A DNA stretch of 64,000 nt from the human T2T-CHM13v2.0 reference genome, Homo sapiens. The first letter of the stretch is position 1, and each line of letters starts with the position of its first letter. The notes below the pieces were generated by a model. The model had not been told where the DNA came from. It did not search any database and was given only the letters and a program-made list of their open reading frames with translations. The stretch lies in assembly GCF_009914755.1 (NCBI RefSeq), contig NC_060925.1; one strand, written 5' to 3'. Below are positions 15,789 to 35,030 of the stretch, piece after piece. The translations under genes were made by a program, and so were the position numbers.

Positions 15789-15924
15789 GTGACATCCCAT
15801 CACATTTGCCATATTCTGTTCATTAGAATTGACTCACTAAGCCCAGGCCATACCCCAGGGAGGCTGTAGGCAACTGCACAAGAGCATGAATACTAGAAGG
15901 GGGAAATCATCAGGAGCTATTTTA

Positions 15925-16206
15925 TGATTTTATTTCATTTCAATTTTTATTTAATTTTTTTTTAAGAGACAGGGTCTCACTCTGTTGCCCAGGCCAGAGT
16001 CCAGGGATGCAATCATAGCTCCCTGCAGCCTCGAACTCCTGGCTCAAGCAATCCTCCTGCCTCTGTCTAGCTAGGATACAGGCATGTGCCACTATGCAAG
16101 GCTAATTTATTTTATTTTATTTTGTCTAGACGGGGTCTGATGATGTTGCTGAGGCTGGTGTCAAACTCCTGCCTCAGCCTCCCAAAGTGTGAGTCATTGC
16201 ACTGGG
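15925..16206 (-). mobile_element. AluJ with internal deletions
   Basis: Antisense AluJ; TSD tcagga(g/a)ctatttta on both sides. Confidence 0.9.
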
Positions 16207-16508
16207 TTGTCAGGAACTATTTTAGACGCTGCCTACTTCAAATTATCTCCCACACTCAGCACTCAGATTCTGTGAATACTCCTCCCATCGAAGGAGGCTA
16301 CACATTCAGTTTACAACCCCAGCCTCCAAGATTCTCAGCCAAACACCTTCATGGCTCTGACATATTCTACATATGGAGTTAACAACATGAAAAACACAGT
16401 CAAATAGGAAAATCATGTTATCCAACAGAGTTAGACTGTGAAAAGAAGACATTGCATTTTCTCTATTTCTGTGGCATCTAACATCAGAGGACAGGGTAGA
16501 CCAGATAG

Positions 16509-16838
<330 letters not shown>

Positions 16839-17714
16839 TAGAATAGCCATAAAAAATATGTCTTTGTTTAGATCACTTCAGAACCAAATGCTCTGAAGCC
16901 AGCCTATCCAGAGAGCCTAGATTGATTTGAGGCCAGTCCCTGCAATGCAAGGGGGGGTGTCACAACTCAAAGGCCACTCCTGAGCTTTCACTTTCTTTCC
17001 AAAATAATTGAAGTCAGTGGACTGTCCCCAGAGCTTCTGTGAGGTATTCACATTTTCTCTGGAGTGACGTGACTTTTGTAAGACATCTAAGGCATGTATA
17101 TGTTATACTTTGGCCTGGCTAAATCTGGAGAATGACAGAGGTCTCCAAACCCCGAGGACTGTTGGGTTGATTTGAATTAAATGAGATGCCCCCTTTCTGC
17201 AGAAAATGGAAACTAACATGGCTATCTCTGTCCATTACACAAGACTTTTGTAAAACAGTCATGGTTTCTTTCTTAAAATCTGTTTTAAACAGTTGGAAGT
17301 CCATATTTCCTTCACTAATAGTCCTCCTATAAGTTGTGGTCATAAACCATTTTTTCAAGACTCAGAGAGCTCTTCTCACTTGGAAAGCCATCACACATAT
17401 TCATCAATTTGGAATCTGCAGCAAAACTGAGCCTTTTCAGCCTCTTACCTATAGATAAAAAGGCTGAGATCCATGTTTCTACTTACAATTCCTAATTTTG
17501 AGAATCCCTGAGCAATACATTTTGATCTTGTGAGATTTTAACTGATCCCTTTCAATTTTCTTTTCACCATACTTAAGAATCTAAGGCTTACAGATACCTT
17601 GATTCCCAACTCTCAAAGCTTTTTATATGTACTTTCTTATTTGTTCTCTCAAACCTTACGGAAAGAGGCATTAGTTCTTTCCCAGAAGGTAAAATGCATA
17701 AAGTATGTGGACCT

Positions 17715-17920
17715 GGCATCAGATGAGCTGGTTTAGAATCTTAGATCCACCACTCACCAGCACTCAGACTTCGGGCAAGTTACTTAACCTCTCAGGGACT
17801 CAAAGAGTCCTCATCTGTAAAATGGGGTTACCCACACCTATCTCACAGAATTGTTTTGAGGACTAAATTCCACACATATATCTATATAAAGCATTTAGCA
17901 TGGTGCATAGAGCTAGTTAA
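17715..17920 (+). mobile_element. MIR SINE
   Basis: gggcaagttacttaacctctc...cctcatctgtaaaatgggg. Confidence 0.85.
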
Positions 17921-18914
17921 AAATTTTGGTTGCTTTTAAAGTTATGGAGAAACAAATGGAGATCCTGGGAGTGTCTCCCAATGTTCAACCATATAGGAAC
18001 AAGAAGGGAATGGAATCCTGAATCTAGATCATCAGTCTTCATTGTAGTTACTTCACTCATCCCTTTTGCAAGTTATCACCAAAACATCCTGGTTCACCAC
18101 TTTAAGAAACTCTCCGTAAGCTGAGCCTGAAATGTCACAAAAGACGTGCCGTTCCTGTGACCTCAAATAAGAACAGGTTCGCTCTTGATTTGTCCAGGTA
18201 AAAAGAGCATTGCAAGTGATAGATACAGAAATGCTTATGTACCTCCTTTTTGAATTTATATTAGGTTTTACATTTTAACCTCTGCATCTGAATGGATGAA
18301 AAGTGAGCATATGTAACAGTGGGAAATAGGTTTTTCTGTGGAGGCTCCCAATAAGTAGCTCCCATAGACTATTCACAAAGCCAGGTATATAGTTGGAAAT
18401 TCTTCTCCTTTACTTCTTGAGTAGCACGAGATTGGCTCAGGCTATCCAGAAGTAGCTTTGAGGTATAAGCAACCACATGGACATGCACTATACCCTGAAG
18501 CCCGGCTATAAGGGGCAGAGCACTGAAGGAGGCCAAAAGAAGTTCAAAAGCAGGGGTAGATCTCTGACCCAAGGGCCCAGGGCCTGCCTCTGGGAGTGCC
18601 TTGCCCATTTCATTAGATATGAGGGAGAGTCACAGAGCAGACTGGCCCAGTAGGTCCTCTCGGCCACTGAAGGATTATAAAGGTCTTTACCAGTTATAAA
18701 ATAAAAGGGATGAATGCTGATTTTTCAACAATGTTAAATACTCAGCTTTGAAAGGAGGGTTGTATGGCACCATCAATCTCATCTGTCCCCGCTTTCTCTT
18801 TGAGTTCTTGCCTCTAGCACTCAGCTCCACCCACAGTTTTCCCTCCTCCCTGGGACTCTCTCTGCCCTCCCTCATGAGTGAATTGCTGCCCTCTTGGTCT
18901 CCTAGTTATGGTAG

Positions 18915-19279
<365 letters not shown>

Positions 19280-20199
19280 AAAAGAGACTATTTCAAGCAA
19301 AGCAAGTCTTTCGGAGCTCAGAGAAGCAGCTTGGCCAAGATAATGCACATCTGCTCGCATACAGGCCAAACGGACACAGCTTCTTGGGGAGTTTCTTTCC
19401 TTGAACTCAACATGATCCCTGAGACCCAGCCCAGAAGTCTTCCTTTTCAGTCCGTAGGTGCCCTAGGAGCATCCCATCTGCTTCCTCCTTTTGTACTCCT
19501 CCCTGCCTTTCACAGCGGCTGCTCCAGGCAATCTCACCAACTTCCCGTGGTTATGGAGATAGCTGGGATCTCTGGGTGGAGAATGGGGATTCCTTGTGTG
19601 AATGGAGGACATTAACGTAAAGGACATGTTAAGATTAATTTTTTAATCTTGCTATTAAATATTTTCTGGTATCATCTGGGATTATGGTGGTATTTTGTAG
19701 GAAAAAAATCCCCAGATAAATGCCATATAAATTAATACTCCTGGATATATAATACCCCTACAGCTTGTTCATGCTTAACTTTTCAGTTAGGTAGTGAGTC
19801 CTATATCTTGCCATTTTTCATTTTCTCAGTCATCCTTCCTGTGTGTGTAGAATAATCTGTAGACAAAAGCTCAAGGAAGAGAGAATCCAACCTAATGGAA
19901 ACACAACGAAACATTGTGTCATTTACTACCCTTCCCCTCCAATCTCCTCTCCAGGCTTTTATATGTCTTGAGGGTTAGTTTTTATATAAAACTATTAAAA
20001 TGTATGCTTAATATGTTATATACATCTATACTATGTTAAAAAAAAAATGTGAAGAGATTCCTCTCCCTCCACTTCTACCTACCTGCCTGGCCCCCACCAC
20101 AAATCCCTTGGGTTGGCAGGGTTGGCAGCAGAGGCCTGATCTGGAGGCCAGGTTGAACCACCCCCGAGAGTGAAAACCCACAACAAGAAAGCATCTACA

Positions 20200-20657
<458 letters not shown>

Positions 20658-21239
20658 TCAGCCCTTCTATGAAGCTTCTTTCCAACATACCCCTCCCTGT
20701 TCTTTCCCTTCCACCTGGCAACAGAAGACATTTTCTCTTCTCTTTGAGCACACTGGGACTACATGCAGCTCCTGGGGAAATTCTCCAAAGAAACAGATTC
20801 TTGCTTTTAACTCCTGACCTACTCACACAACAGAGCCCACAGCAGGAAGGCCCCATTTTCGGCCTAGTGAGCTGAGGTGTTGCCACCCACTAGGCACAGC
20901 TGCTCTGCTAATTTTAGACCTCTCTGAGAAGTCACTTGACTTCAAGGCACTTGGAGACACACATCACACCCTGTCTCAGGAGGTGGTCTGGGGTGGGGCT
21001 CACTCTGCTTTCAACACCCATAACACCTTGTAACCTACAAAAGTGACTTTTTTTTGGAGGTTCTCCTCAATAAATGATAAAAAATAAATGACAACACTCA
21101 AAATGAGCTGTGAAACTGAAATTTGTTTCCACCTGGTCTAGCCCTGAAGCCTTAGGTGCCTTATTCAGCTGCCTGATCTTTACCAGGCACCACCTCATAT
21201 TCCACACATCCACAGCTTAACCCTGGTGAGTGCCGCCTG

Positions 21240-21960
21240 GGGCAATTTTAGTCACCCAAGCTAGGACCCTCAGGACAACCCTGACTACCTTCCATCTCTC
21301 TCCAGTCACTAAATCTTAAACTGAAAACTATTTTGTCTCCTAAATAATGTTTGCAAACTTCCCCTCTATTCTGGCACCCTCATCCCATTTCAGGTTCTCT
21401 TCAGCGTCTCCCTGCACACTGCAGCAGTTTGCCCACAGTCACCCCGCCTTCTGTCTCATCCTCAAAGTCTAGCATCTATGGTGATCTTTCTAAAACCATG
21501 TCTATATCTCACTTAAACCCCTTCAAGGCATCCTGTCAGGTTCTCCAGCCTATCTGCTCATTAGAATCACCTGGGCCCTTAAAAAAAAAAAAAATCAGTT
21601 CCTGCTTCCATTCCCAGAGATTCTGATTTAAGTGGACTGGATGGGAGAAAGAAACCATATTTCTTTTTAAAATTTCCCAGGAAATCCTAATGTGCAAACA
21701 TGGTTGAGAACCCCTGACCTGCAGGATAAAGTCCAGGCTCCTTCCCATGGCACCCAAGATGCTCCTGACTGGGCCCCTGGCCACCCTCTCCGGCCAGCCT
21801 CACTCCTGGCCAGTCCATGCCTTTATGTGCCAGCAACACTGAACTGCTTGCAGCTCCCAGCATTGCTTATGCTGTTCTCGCTGTCTGAAGTGCCCTCCCT
21901 ACTGGTCCAACCAACATCACCTTCTACAGAAAGCCATTCCTGACTACTTTCCCTCACCTC
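21240..21960 (+). mobile_element. L2 LINE fragment interrupted by MER5
   Basis: gtgatctttctaaaac...caggataaagtccaggctcctt...ctgaactgcttgcagctccc. Confidence 0.7.
21537..21716. mobile_element. MER5 (hAT-Charlie MITE)
   Basis: cattagaatcacctggg...cagagattctgattt...ggttgagaacccctg. Confidence 0.8.
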
Positions 21961-22978
21961 CAGGTGCCCCGTGAAACTTTGGATGTGTCTCTATTACCGA
22001 ACATTCACATGATTTTATGATACCCATCTTTCTTAAACACAAGGGAGACATTTATTTATACAGGGATAGTTCACAGAGCCCAAAGCTGCTGAAACTATAG
22101 CTGGGCCTCTCAAGCACTGGAACCCTGAATTAGAAAGCTTTCAGATACCAAGGTGCTTTCTTTCAGTCATTTTCTCTCACTGGGTTACGTGGCTTCTGGT
22201 GTCTGTTCATTGCTTTTGGATCTCCTTGGCAGACAACATTCTCTACCTCTGTGTACCTGGGTGGGCCAAAAATGGGCACTTCACAAAGGCTGAGTCAACT
22301 CCTGAAGGCCGTGTTCTCACTTCCAGCAATACTGACCAACATCCTGGCTGTCAATTCTAAAGTCCCTGAAGAGAGAATCTTATTGGCCCAGGGGTTCACC
22401 CTTGTCCATCAGCTGTGGCCAAATAGGGTTGCTGCGTAAGAGGCAAGTCTTGAAAAAATAGAGAGGAGTCATAGGATTAGCAGACTACCTAAAAGGTGAC
22501 AACTATGCCCCAAGAGTCAAGGAATTCTTGAACTATGTGATAACCATGTATAGGTCAGCAATAGAGACCAAGTGCTGTGTGAGCCCAGAGGAGTAAACCA
22601 TAGTAGTCTTCGATGTCAGGGAAGTCCTCACAAGAAAGTTGGCACTGGGCCAGGCATAAGAGAAAATAAAGGGCAAATGGCAATATCAGCAAGATACCTA
22701 AAAATTAGGCTTTTATGTGAAAGTACAAGAAATGGACTGAAATGGTGGCAAGATACCGGGATCAGCAGATGGGCCTAAGTTTGGTTCAGACTGTGAGAGT
22801 CTTTAAGTGACAGAATAAAAGTCTGGTCTTCACTGCTCAAGAGGGGGTTCCTCTCAGAGGACCTCAATCACTCAAGTAAGGAGAAGGGGGAGTCAGGAGA
22901 CCCAGGGAGAGGCCCTTTGGGTCTGAGTTAAAGCAATGAGTCACTTCTTACTACTTAACAATGCAAAAAGCACTTTGC

Positions 22979-23282
22979 GGCCGGGCACTGTGGTTCAAGC
23001 CTGTAATCTCAGCACCTTGGGAGGCCGAGATGGGTAGATTACCCGAGGTCAGGAGTCTGAGACCAGCTTGGCCAACATGGTGAAACCCTATCTCTATAAA
23101 AATACAAAAAATTAGCTGGGTGTGGTGGCAGACACCTGTAGTCCCAGCTTCTCAGGAGGCTGAGGCACGAGAATTGCTTGAACCTAGGAGGCGGAGGCTA
23201 TAGTGAGCAAAGATCATGCCACTGCATTCCAGCCTGGGTGACAGATCAAGACTCTGTCTCAAAAAAAAAAAAAAAAAAAAAA
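22979..23282 (+). mobile_element. AluS inserted in an antisense MIR
   Basis: Full dimer; TSD aaaaagcactttgc; antisense MIR continues to ~23490. Confidence 0.95.
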
Positions 23283-24171
23283 GCACTTTGCCTGTGTTAC
23301 TTCCTCTAATCCTCACAGTATCGTAGTGTGGGGGAGAGCTGGCTTTTATTTTACCCAGATTACTGAAGAGGAAAATGTGGTTCAGTCCGGTTATGCAACT
23401 TGCCTAAGATCACATAACTAACTGGCAGAAGCATGACTTGAATGTAGATTCTGAAGTCTAATTCTGAAGTCTATTCTCATTCCAGGGCACTGGGCTACCC
23501 AGCAATGGAAAGCTCAAGCTAAAACTGCCTTGGGTTATAATATAGAGAAAGACTGAATAATGCTGGAAAAAATATTTTTATTATTGACTAATGACATAGA
23601 AAAATGCTCATGATATGATACTGAGTGATGGAGAAAAGATTGACTACCAGACTGCATAAGCATTGTGGTGCTAATCTTAAAAAGTGTATTCTGTGCTCGT
23701 CTGTCCTGTGGACAGTGGTCAGGCTTCAGCCCCATCCCTGAGAATGGCCCCCTCTGAAAATCTTCCTTCTTTTCAACTATACTTTGCAACCATGGTGCAT
23801 TCTTTTGGGTTATTCAATCACAGGGATGAAAATTTTAGTGACTGTCTCGTACCATGAATCATAGCAATTTTAGTCATAAGATAACTCTCACGTTCTACTA
23901 TAAATAGGGCTGGGCTTTCATTACTAGATACACAGTAACAATTAACAATAAACAGTAGTTTTTCATAAATGGATACTGAGAGAAAATATTACAACCCTGA
24001 GTCACAATCTTGGCTAAAAGAATTGTATAATTATCTAATGTATTTTGGACTGTTGAAATATATACTTCATATTGCTCAATGATGGAACATTTTTCTTTAT
24101 AAGTATTTTGTAAAAGAATCTCTTGTTTTTACATATATTCAACTGGCAAAGGTTAAAAAAAATTTAACCCA

Positions 24172-24191
24172 CTAAAACTTAAAGTATAATA
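24172..24191 (+). mobile_element. Extremely 5'-truncated L1PA insertion (3' terminus only)
   Basis: ctaaaacttaaagtataata between perfect direct repeats aaaaaaaatttaaccca (24155-24171 and 24192-24208). Confidence 0.85.
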
Positions 24192-24347
24192 AAAAAAAAT
24201 TTAACCCATAGTTAGTGAAGGTGAGGGCAATTTGGCAATAACTATCAAAGTTGTAAATATACATGCCCTTTCGCCTAGTAATTTCATTGCTAGGTATCGT
24301 TCATATATAATAAAATGTATGTGCAATGTATAAGGATATGTAGTGTA

Positions 24348-24650
24348 GGCTGGGCGCAGTGGCTCACGCTTGTAATCCCAGCACTTTGGGAGGCTGAGGC
24401 AGGTGGATCACGAGGTCAGGAGATCGAGACCATCCTGGTCAACACGGTGAAACCCCGTCTCTACTAAAAAAAATACAAAAAATTAGCTGGGCATGGTGGT
24501 GGGTGACTGTAGTCCTAGCTACTCGGGAGGTTGAGGCAGGAGAATGGCGTGAACCCAGGAGGCGGAGCTTGCAGTGAGCCAAGATCATGTCACTGCACTC
24601 CAGCCTGGGCAACAGAGCGAGAATCTGTCTCAAAAAAAAAAAAAAAAAAA
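24348..24650 (+). mobile_element. AluY
   Basis: gagatcgagaccatcctgg, gaatggcgtgaaccc; TSD aaggatat(g/a)tagtgta. Confidence 0.95.
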
Positions 24651-25030
24651 GGATATATAGTGTATTTATAATAGCAAAACACCTCAAAGCATCTTAAATA
24701 CATCTGAAAAATGGATTGGCTAAGTCAGTCATGATACAACCATTCAATGGAATCCCCTGCAACTGCTATAAAGAATGAGGTAAATACAGAGGTTCTAATA
24801 TGAAAATATGACCAAGACATTGCAAGTGAAAAAACAAGATGGAGAACAATGTGTGTAGCCTGCCTTTATTTGTGTGTCTTTTTAAAAGTGAAATTATACT
24901 TCTATGTGCATAGAAAAATTCTGGAAGAATACTATTTGGCTATTTGACCACGAGAATGTGTAATTTTTATAATTAAAAAACATTTATTGCTCTCACTTAA
25001 AATTAATACAATTCTTTGGTAGAATGTTTA

Positions 25031-25350
<320 letters not shown>

Positions 25351-25452
25351 AAGAGTATAATGGTAAAAATGAGAATTACCCAGCTAAAACAGGAATTACT
25401 CAAAAACAATTTGATGTTTTTCCTCTGGTATTTGTTCCGATGCACATATACT

Positions 25453-26118
25453 TGTAACTGCCCAAGGGGTTCACCTTGCCCTCTGCTTAGACAGAGCTCA
25501 TTCATCAAGATGAGAATTGCAATAGAGAAAGAGTAACTCACGCAGAGCTGGTTGTGCAAGAGACCAGAGTTTTATTATTACTCAAATCAGTCGCCCGAGC
25601 ATTCAGGGAGCAAAGTTTTTAAGGATAACTTGGTAGGTCGGGGAGCCAGTGAGCCAGGAGTGCTGATTGGTCAGGATGAAATCATAGGGAGTGGAAGCTG
25701 TCTTCTTGCACTGAGTCAGTTCCTGGGTGGGGGCCACAAGATTAGATGAGCCAGTTTATCAATTTGGGTGGTGCCAGCTGATCCATCAAAGCTAAGTCTG
25801 CAAAATATCTCAAGCACTGATCTTAGGAGCAGTTTAGGGAGGGTCAGAATCTTGTAGCCTCCAGCTGCATGACTCCTAAACCATAATTTCTAATCCTGTG
25901 GCTAATGTTAATCTAGTCCTCAGACAAGAAGGAGGTCTGCTTTGGGAAAGGGCTGTTACTGTCTTTGTTTAAACTATAAACCGCAAAGTTTCTCCCAAAG
26001 TTAGTTCAGCCTATGCCCAGGAATGAACAAAGACAGCTTGGAGGTTAGAAGCAAGATGGAGTCGGTTAAGTTAGATCCCTTCCAGTGTCTCAGTCATAAT
26101 TTTGCAAAGGCGGCTTCA
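25453..26118 (-). mobile_element. LTR8 solo LTR (ERV1), near full length
   Basis: TG...CA ends; the reverse complement starts tgaagccgcctttgcaaaattatgactgagacactg, as remembered for LTR8. Confidence 0.88.
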
Positions 26119-26152
26119 CGTTGTCCAGGAAACAGGGGTAAGAAGTAGTCTG

Positions 26153-26460
26153 GGCCAGGTGCAGCAGCTTATGCCTGTAATCCTAGCACTTAGGGAGGCT
26201 GAGGTGGGAGGATCACTTGAGGTCAGGAGTTCGAGACCAGCCTGGCCAACATGGTGAACCCCTGTCCCCACTAAAAACACAAAAATTAGCCGGGTGTGGT
26301 GGTGCATGCCTGTAATCCCAGCTACTCGGGAGGCTGAGGCAGGAGAATCGCTTGAACCTGGGAGGCCGAAGTTGGAGGTTGCAGTGAGCCAAAATCCCGC
26401 CACTGCACGCCAGCCTGGGTGGCAGAGTGAAACTCTGTCTCAAATAAAAAAAAAAAAAAA
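26153..26460 (+). mobile_element. AluS
   Basis: Full dimer with poly(A); small insertion in the right monomer. Confidence 0.95.
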
Positions 26461-26689
26461 GAGTGGTCTGGGTAAACCACTGAGCACATTTCAAAGACTG
26501 CCAGTGGTGGGCCTCCTAAAGGAAAGAAACACTCCTAAATAAACTGTGCTTCTTTCATAAAGAAGCATGGGCTTTTCTGAGCTACTGGGTTAGTTGGTTT
26601 TTTTACTTACTGGGTTCTTCATTTTTTTGTTGTTTTTTTGTTTTTTTTTGCTTTGAGTTGTGAGTCAAGTCCAGATATTACTGTATTGT

Positions 26690-28980
<2,291 letters not shown>

Positions 28981-29752
28981 TGTAGCCAGGTTGTGCCCAA
29001 ACAGCTTGGATTCATTCTAACTCAGGACTGAATATAATAAATCCTGAAGAGCCCGTTAGCCAAATGTCTTCATTACAGTGGTATAAGCCCAGTAGTTTAA
29101 TCTGCGTTTTTCATCAAGTGTGACGTAAAAATTTATGCGGAGTCTGAGTTAACAAAGGACTTATTCAGTTTATGCAGTGTCTTACCAGAGATGGCTTCCT
29201 GAAGCCATGCCAGAGAGGGGTCTGGCCTCTCTGATACTTCTGAACCGGCCATTCATGCTCTCTTAGGCCACAAGATGGCTGTCCTTGCAATCTCTAGCTA
29301 TGAGGCAAGGCTTAACTAGCAATTCCAGACGGGGCCCGACACATCACCTGGGTCTCCACAGCATTATGATATAAATCCAATGGCTGGCGAAGGGTCCAAG
29401 GCTAAATGGGACCCATCTGCCACCACAGTGTGGCCACTGAGAGTTGGAGAAGAAAAACAGGTGTATCTTATAACTAGGGGTTCCTCAGGGACTATTCACC
29501 TGCCTAACACTATGTTTGTGAAACTAATCACCAGTGTGTGTCTCTTTAGTGGGCTTGGATTAGCTAATAATTCTAACTGAACTGAATCATAATTCATGAG
29601 ATAATTTTGAGTTCCTCAGATTTACTTCCACTAAAATTCAGAATGAAACTGGGACATTATGGATTTCTGACAAAAGGAAAGTAGGTATCAATTCCTCCTA
29701 CATCCTTGACTCAGGTTTGAGTCACATGGATTCTCATTCAACACTGTCATTC

Positions 29753-30098
29753 TTTTTTTGTTTGTTTGTTTGGGGGTTTTTTCTTTTACTTTTTTTTTTT
29801 TTTTTTTTTTTTTTGAGACGAGTGTCGCTCTGTCACCCAGGCTGGAGTGCAAGTGGCGCACCCTCGGCTCACTGCACTCCCGGGTTCAAGCCATTCTCCT
29901 GCCTCAGCCTCCCAAGTAGCTGGGATTACAGGTGCCTGCCACCATGCCCAGCTAATTTTTTTTTTTTTTTGTATTTTTAGTAGAGACAGGGTTTCACCAA
30001 GTTGGCCAGGCTGCTTTTGAACTCCTGACCTCAGCTGATCTGCCCGCCTTGGCCTCCCAAAGTGCTGGGATTATAGGCGTGAGCCACTGTACCCGGCC
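29753..30098 (-). mobile_element. AluS
   Basis: Antisense dimer; TSD aacactgtcattctt. Confidence 0.95.
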
Positions 30099-30226
30099 AA
30101 CACTGTCATTCTTAAAAGTAAACTAAGGTGGCATTCACTTAATTGAATTTCTGATCACATGGTTCACTATGGTAAAAACTTGATCATTCCTGCTCAAGCC
30201 AATTGAGTCAACCATTCTAAACCTAA

Positions 30227-30742
<516 letters not shown>

Positions 30743-30799
30743 TGAATTTGGATTTCTTATTTAGTAAATTGGAATGTCAGTATCATCCAGGGTAATGGC

Positions 30800-31040
30800 A
30801 AGAGCACCAAAGTTGATGCTACAAGACCTGAGATGCAGTCCAGGCTACCCCATTTATTGTGTGTGACCTCACAAAAGTTACTTGATAGCATAGAGCTGTG
30901 GTCTCTCCTTCATAAATGGAGATGATACTACCTGTTCTGACATTCTTCCTTGAGGGTTATGGTGAGGCTCAAATGAGATATTACATAAAAGTCTTTGTAA
31001 AGCATAGAGCCCTATAAGCTCTAAGGTGTTACTATTATTG
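30800..31040 (+). mobile_element. MIR SINE
   Basis: tgtgtgacctcacaaaagttactt...gagggttatggtgaggctcaaatgagata. Confidence 0.7.
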
Positions 31041-31177
31041 GCACTGTACAGGAGTCAATGTGCTTAAACCGTGAAGTACATTAAAATCACACGACTTGCT
31101 GGTTTTCAGTGCTCATTTCCAGGCTCTAGTTCCACAGAGTCTAATTTAATAGGTCCCAGGTAGAGCCCAGACATCTG

Positions 31178-31426
31178 GTTTTTGTTTTGTTTGGGACAGA
31201 ATCTCACTCTGTCACCTAGGCTGGCATGCAGTGGGCACGATAGCCCACTGCAACCTCTGCCTCCCAGGTTCAAGCAATTCTCGTGCCTCAGCCTCCTGAT
31301 TAGCTGGGATTACAGGCACGCACCACCATGCCTGGCTAATTTTTGTGTTTTTAGTAGATACAGGGTTTTGCCATGTTGGCCAGGCTGGTCTCAAACTCCT
31401 GACCGGAAGTGATCCGCGCGCCTCAG
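31178..31426 (-). mobile_element. AluS, 5'-truncated, inside a MER5-like relic (~31050-31530)
   Basis: Antisense Alu ends at gcctcag; MER5-like flanks end cacttggagaaatactg. Confidence 0.9.
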
Positions 31427-32148
31427 TTGCATTTTTAATACTCACCACCACCACCACCACCATTATTCTTTCCCCTGCTGTGTGATTTGTATATGAATAG
31501 TCCAGGGATGACACTTGGAGAAATACTGGGGTAAAGGTGAAGTAAGACACTTCAAAAGAACTTCAGAAATGGCCCTTCAGAAGAATAAATTGGATCCTGA
31601 CAGTTTGAGATTAAATATCCAACATATTTCATTGATTTAAGTGATAAGCTTAAATAAGCTAATGAATGGATGATGTACTGAAAGATAGTGCCCACATAAA
31701 TTTACTACAGAAAAAGATGTTCATTGTAAAAGTTGCTTCTAGAATTGGTTGAAAGTAAGAAAGACCTTTTGCTTTCCACTGCAACTTAGCTCCCTCTAAT
31801 CCTATTTTGGGACAGTGTTTCTGGCTTCACTCCTTCTCTGACATGATTTCTGTACTGCATTAATGTTCTTCTTCTGTTTTTTGTTTGTTTGTTTGTTTTG
31901 TTTTGTTTTGTTTTTCCATTTTGGGGAGATTGATGGAGTCTTGTCATTTTAACAAGGCTGTGTACTGAGCCATGTGGGCATACCACAGGCCAGATGGATG
32001 AGTAAGAAACAAAGCTTCAAAGATTCTGGAAACCACTGGTGTATCCAAGAAGGGAAGTAATAGAGCTGTTGTCAATCAATAGCCATGGAATCAAATGATA
32101 GCAATTTTGTCACTCAGCATAGATTGCATGAGGCTAGCCCAGGGCTAA

Positions 32149-32485
<337 letters not shown>

Positions 32486-33253
32486 GGCTAAATTATTAAA
32501 TCACTGAATTTGACTTTGATGTCTCCATGATCTCCACTTTCTGATCATTCCTATTATCCCCGCCTTCTATCCTCAGCAGGGACTTAGGACTCCCACTATG
32601 ATAGCCCATCCTGCCCTTTCTGATCAGCCTGAACAGGGAACTTGTTCTTTTCTATGACGACACCCCAACTGCACACTGGCCCATTGTCTGTAATGGTAGA
32701 GGAAATGGCGGGGATGAGTAAGAGGGGTTTTTAATTTTCTAATTTTCCTAATCAACAAATTTCTGCTGGGTTTAATGTGTTGCTCCTCCTAGCTTACTGG
32801 GGACTTTCTGGCAAGAAGATGTCTTGATCCTGAAGAATAAAGCTTCCAGAAATTATAGACACCTCAAGCAGCCTTGGAGCAGAGGTGGGTGGGGGCTGGA
32901 GGAGAAATTCTCAGGTAGCAGCCCTCCCTAAGACACGCCAGCCTGGGAGAAGGTAGTACTGACAATTCTGCTCATTTCCAAGGGGTTCATTTATCTGGGG
33001 ACTGCATGGCGCCAGTCTGGGGACTCACCAGTAAAATGACTCTTCCTAGCCCACCAGTCTCTAGTTCCTGAAATAGAGGACAATGTATGTCATTGAATCT
33101 TCTCAGCACCCACAGAAGGAAGGTGTTGTGCCACCCCTTGCACAGTTGTAGACCACTGGAGTCTTTCAAAGCTGTACAAACTGGGAAGGTTAAATTCATC
33201 GGTGCCAAGGATTAACTATACTGACCCTAAATTCGTCTGTTATCCTGAATTTA

Positions 33254-34652
<1,399 letters not shown>

Positions 34653-34849
34653 ACCTCAGAAACTCCTTTTTACCTGCCATCTGCAATCACATGTTGAAGG
34701 ATAAAAATGAGAGACTTTTCACTGGGAGCCCCTCAAGATTTTCTCCTCAGGCTTAGGACAGCACCTGGCACATAGAGGCACTTGATAAACATTTTCTAAA
34801 TTAAAGAAAATTAACTAAGGGGATTCAAATAGAGAGAGTTCAATAGAAT

Positions 34850-35030
34850 TGCTTTTTGACTTGTCAGCTCTAGCCTTGGGCAAGTCCTAAAATCTTCTGA
34901 GCCTCGGCTTCCTTGCCTGTTAATGAAAGTAATACTTACCTTCAACCATTGTTATAAATGTTAGTGACAACGCAAAGTGCCTAGCACAATTCCTGGCACA
35001 TGCCCATGGTTGACACACACACCACATATA
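34850..35030 (+). mobile_element. MIR SINE
   Basis: ccttgggcaagtcc...tctgagcctcggcttcc...aaagtgcctagcacaattcctggcaca. Confidence 0.75.

Larger units (their letters stand above)
13595..16236 (-). mobile_element. MLT1 (MaLR) LTR split by an L1 fragment and two Alus
   Basis: ctccatagggcagctcataacatggc (~13942) resumes as gcaaggcagaagtcagagtc (~15437), gtgacatcccatcacatttgcc (~15789) and ttagacgctgcctac (~16222). Confidence 0.75.
24100..25000 (+). mobile_element. Ancient L1ME-like 3' region hosting the micro-L1 and an AluY
   Basis: gggcaatttggcaataactatcaaag...tttataatagcaaaaca...ccattcaatggaat. Confidence 0.6.

Noticed and set aside
23448-23473. 13-bp tandem duplication attctgaagtcta x2
   Set aside because: Ordinary slippage inside a MIR relic.
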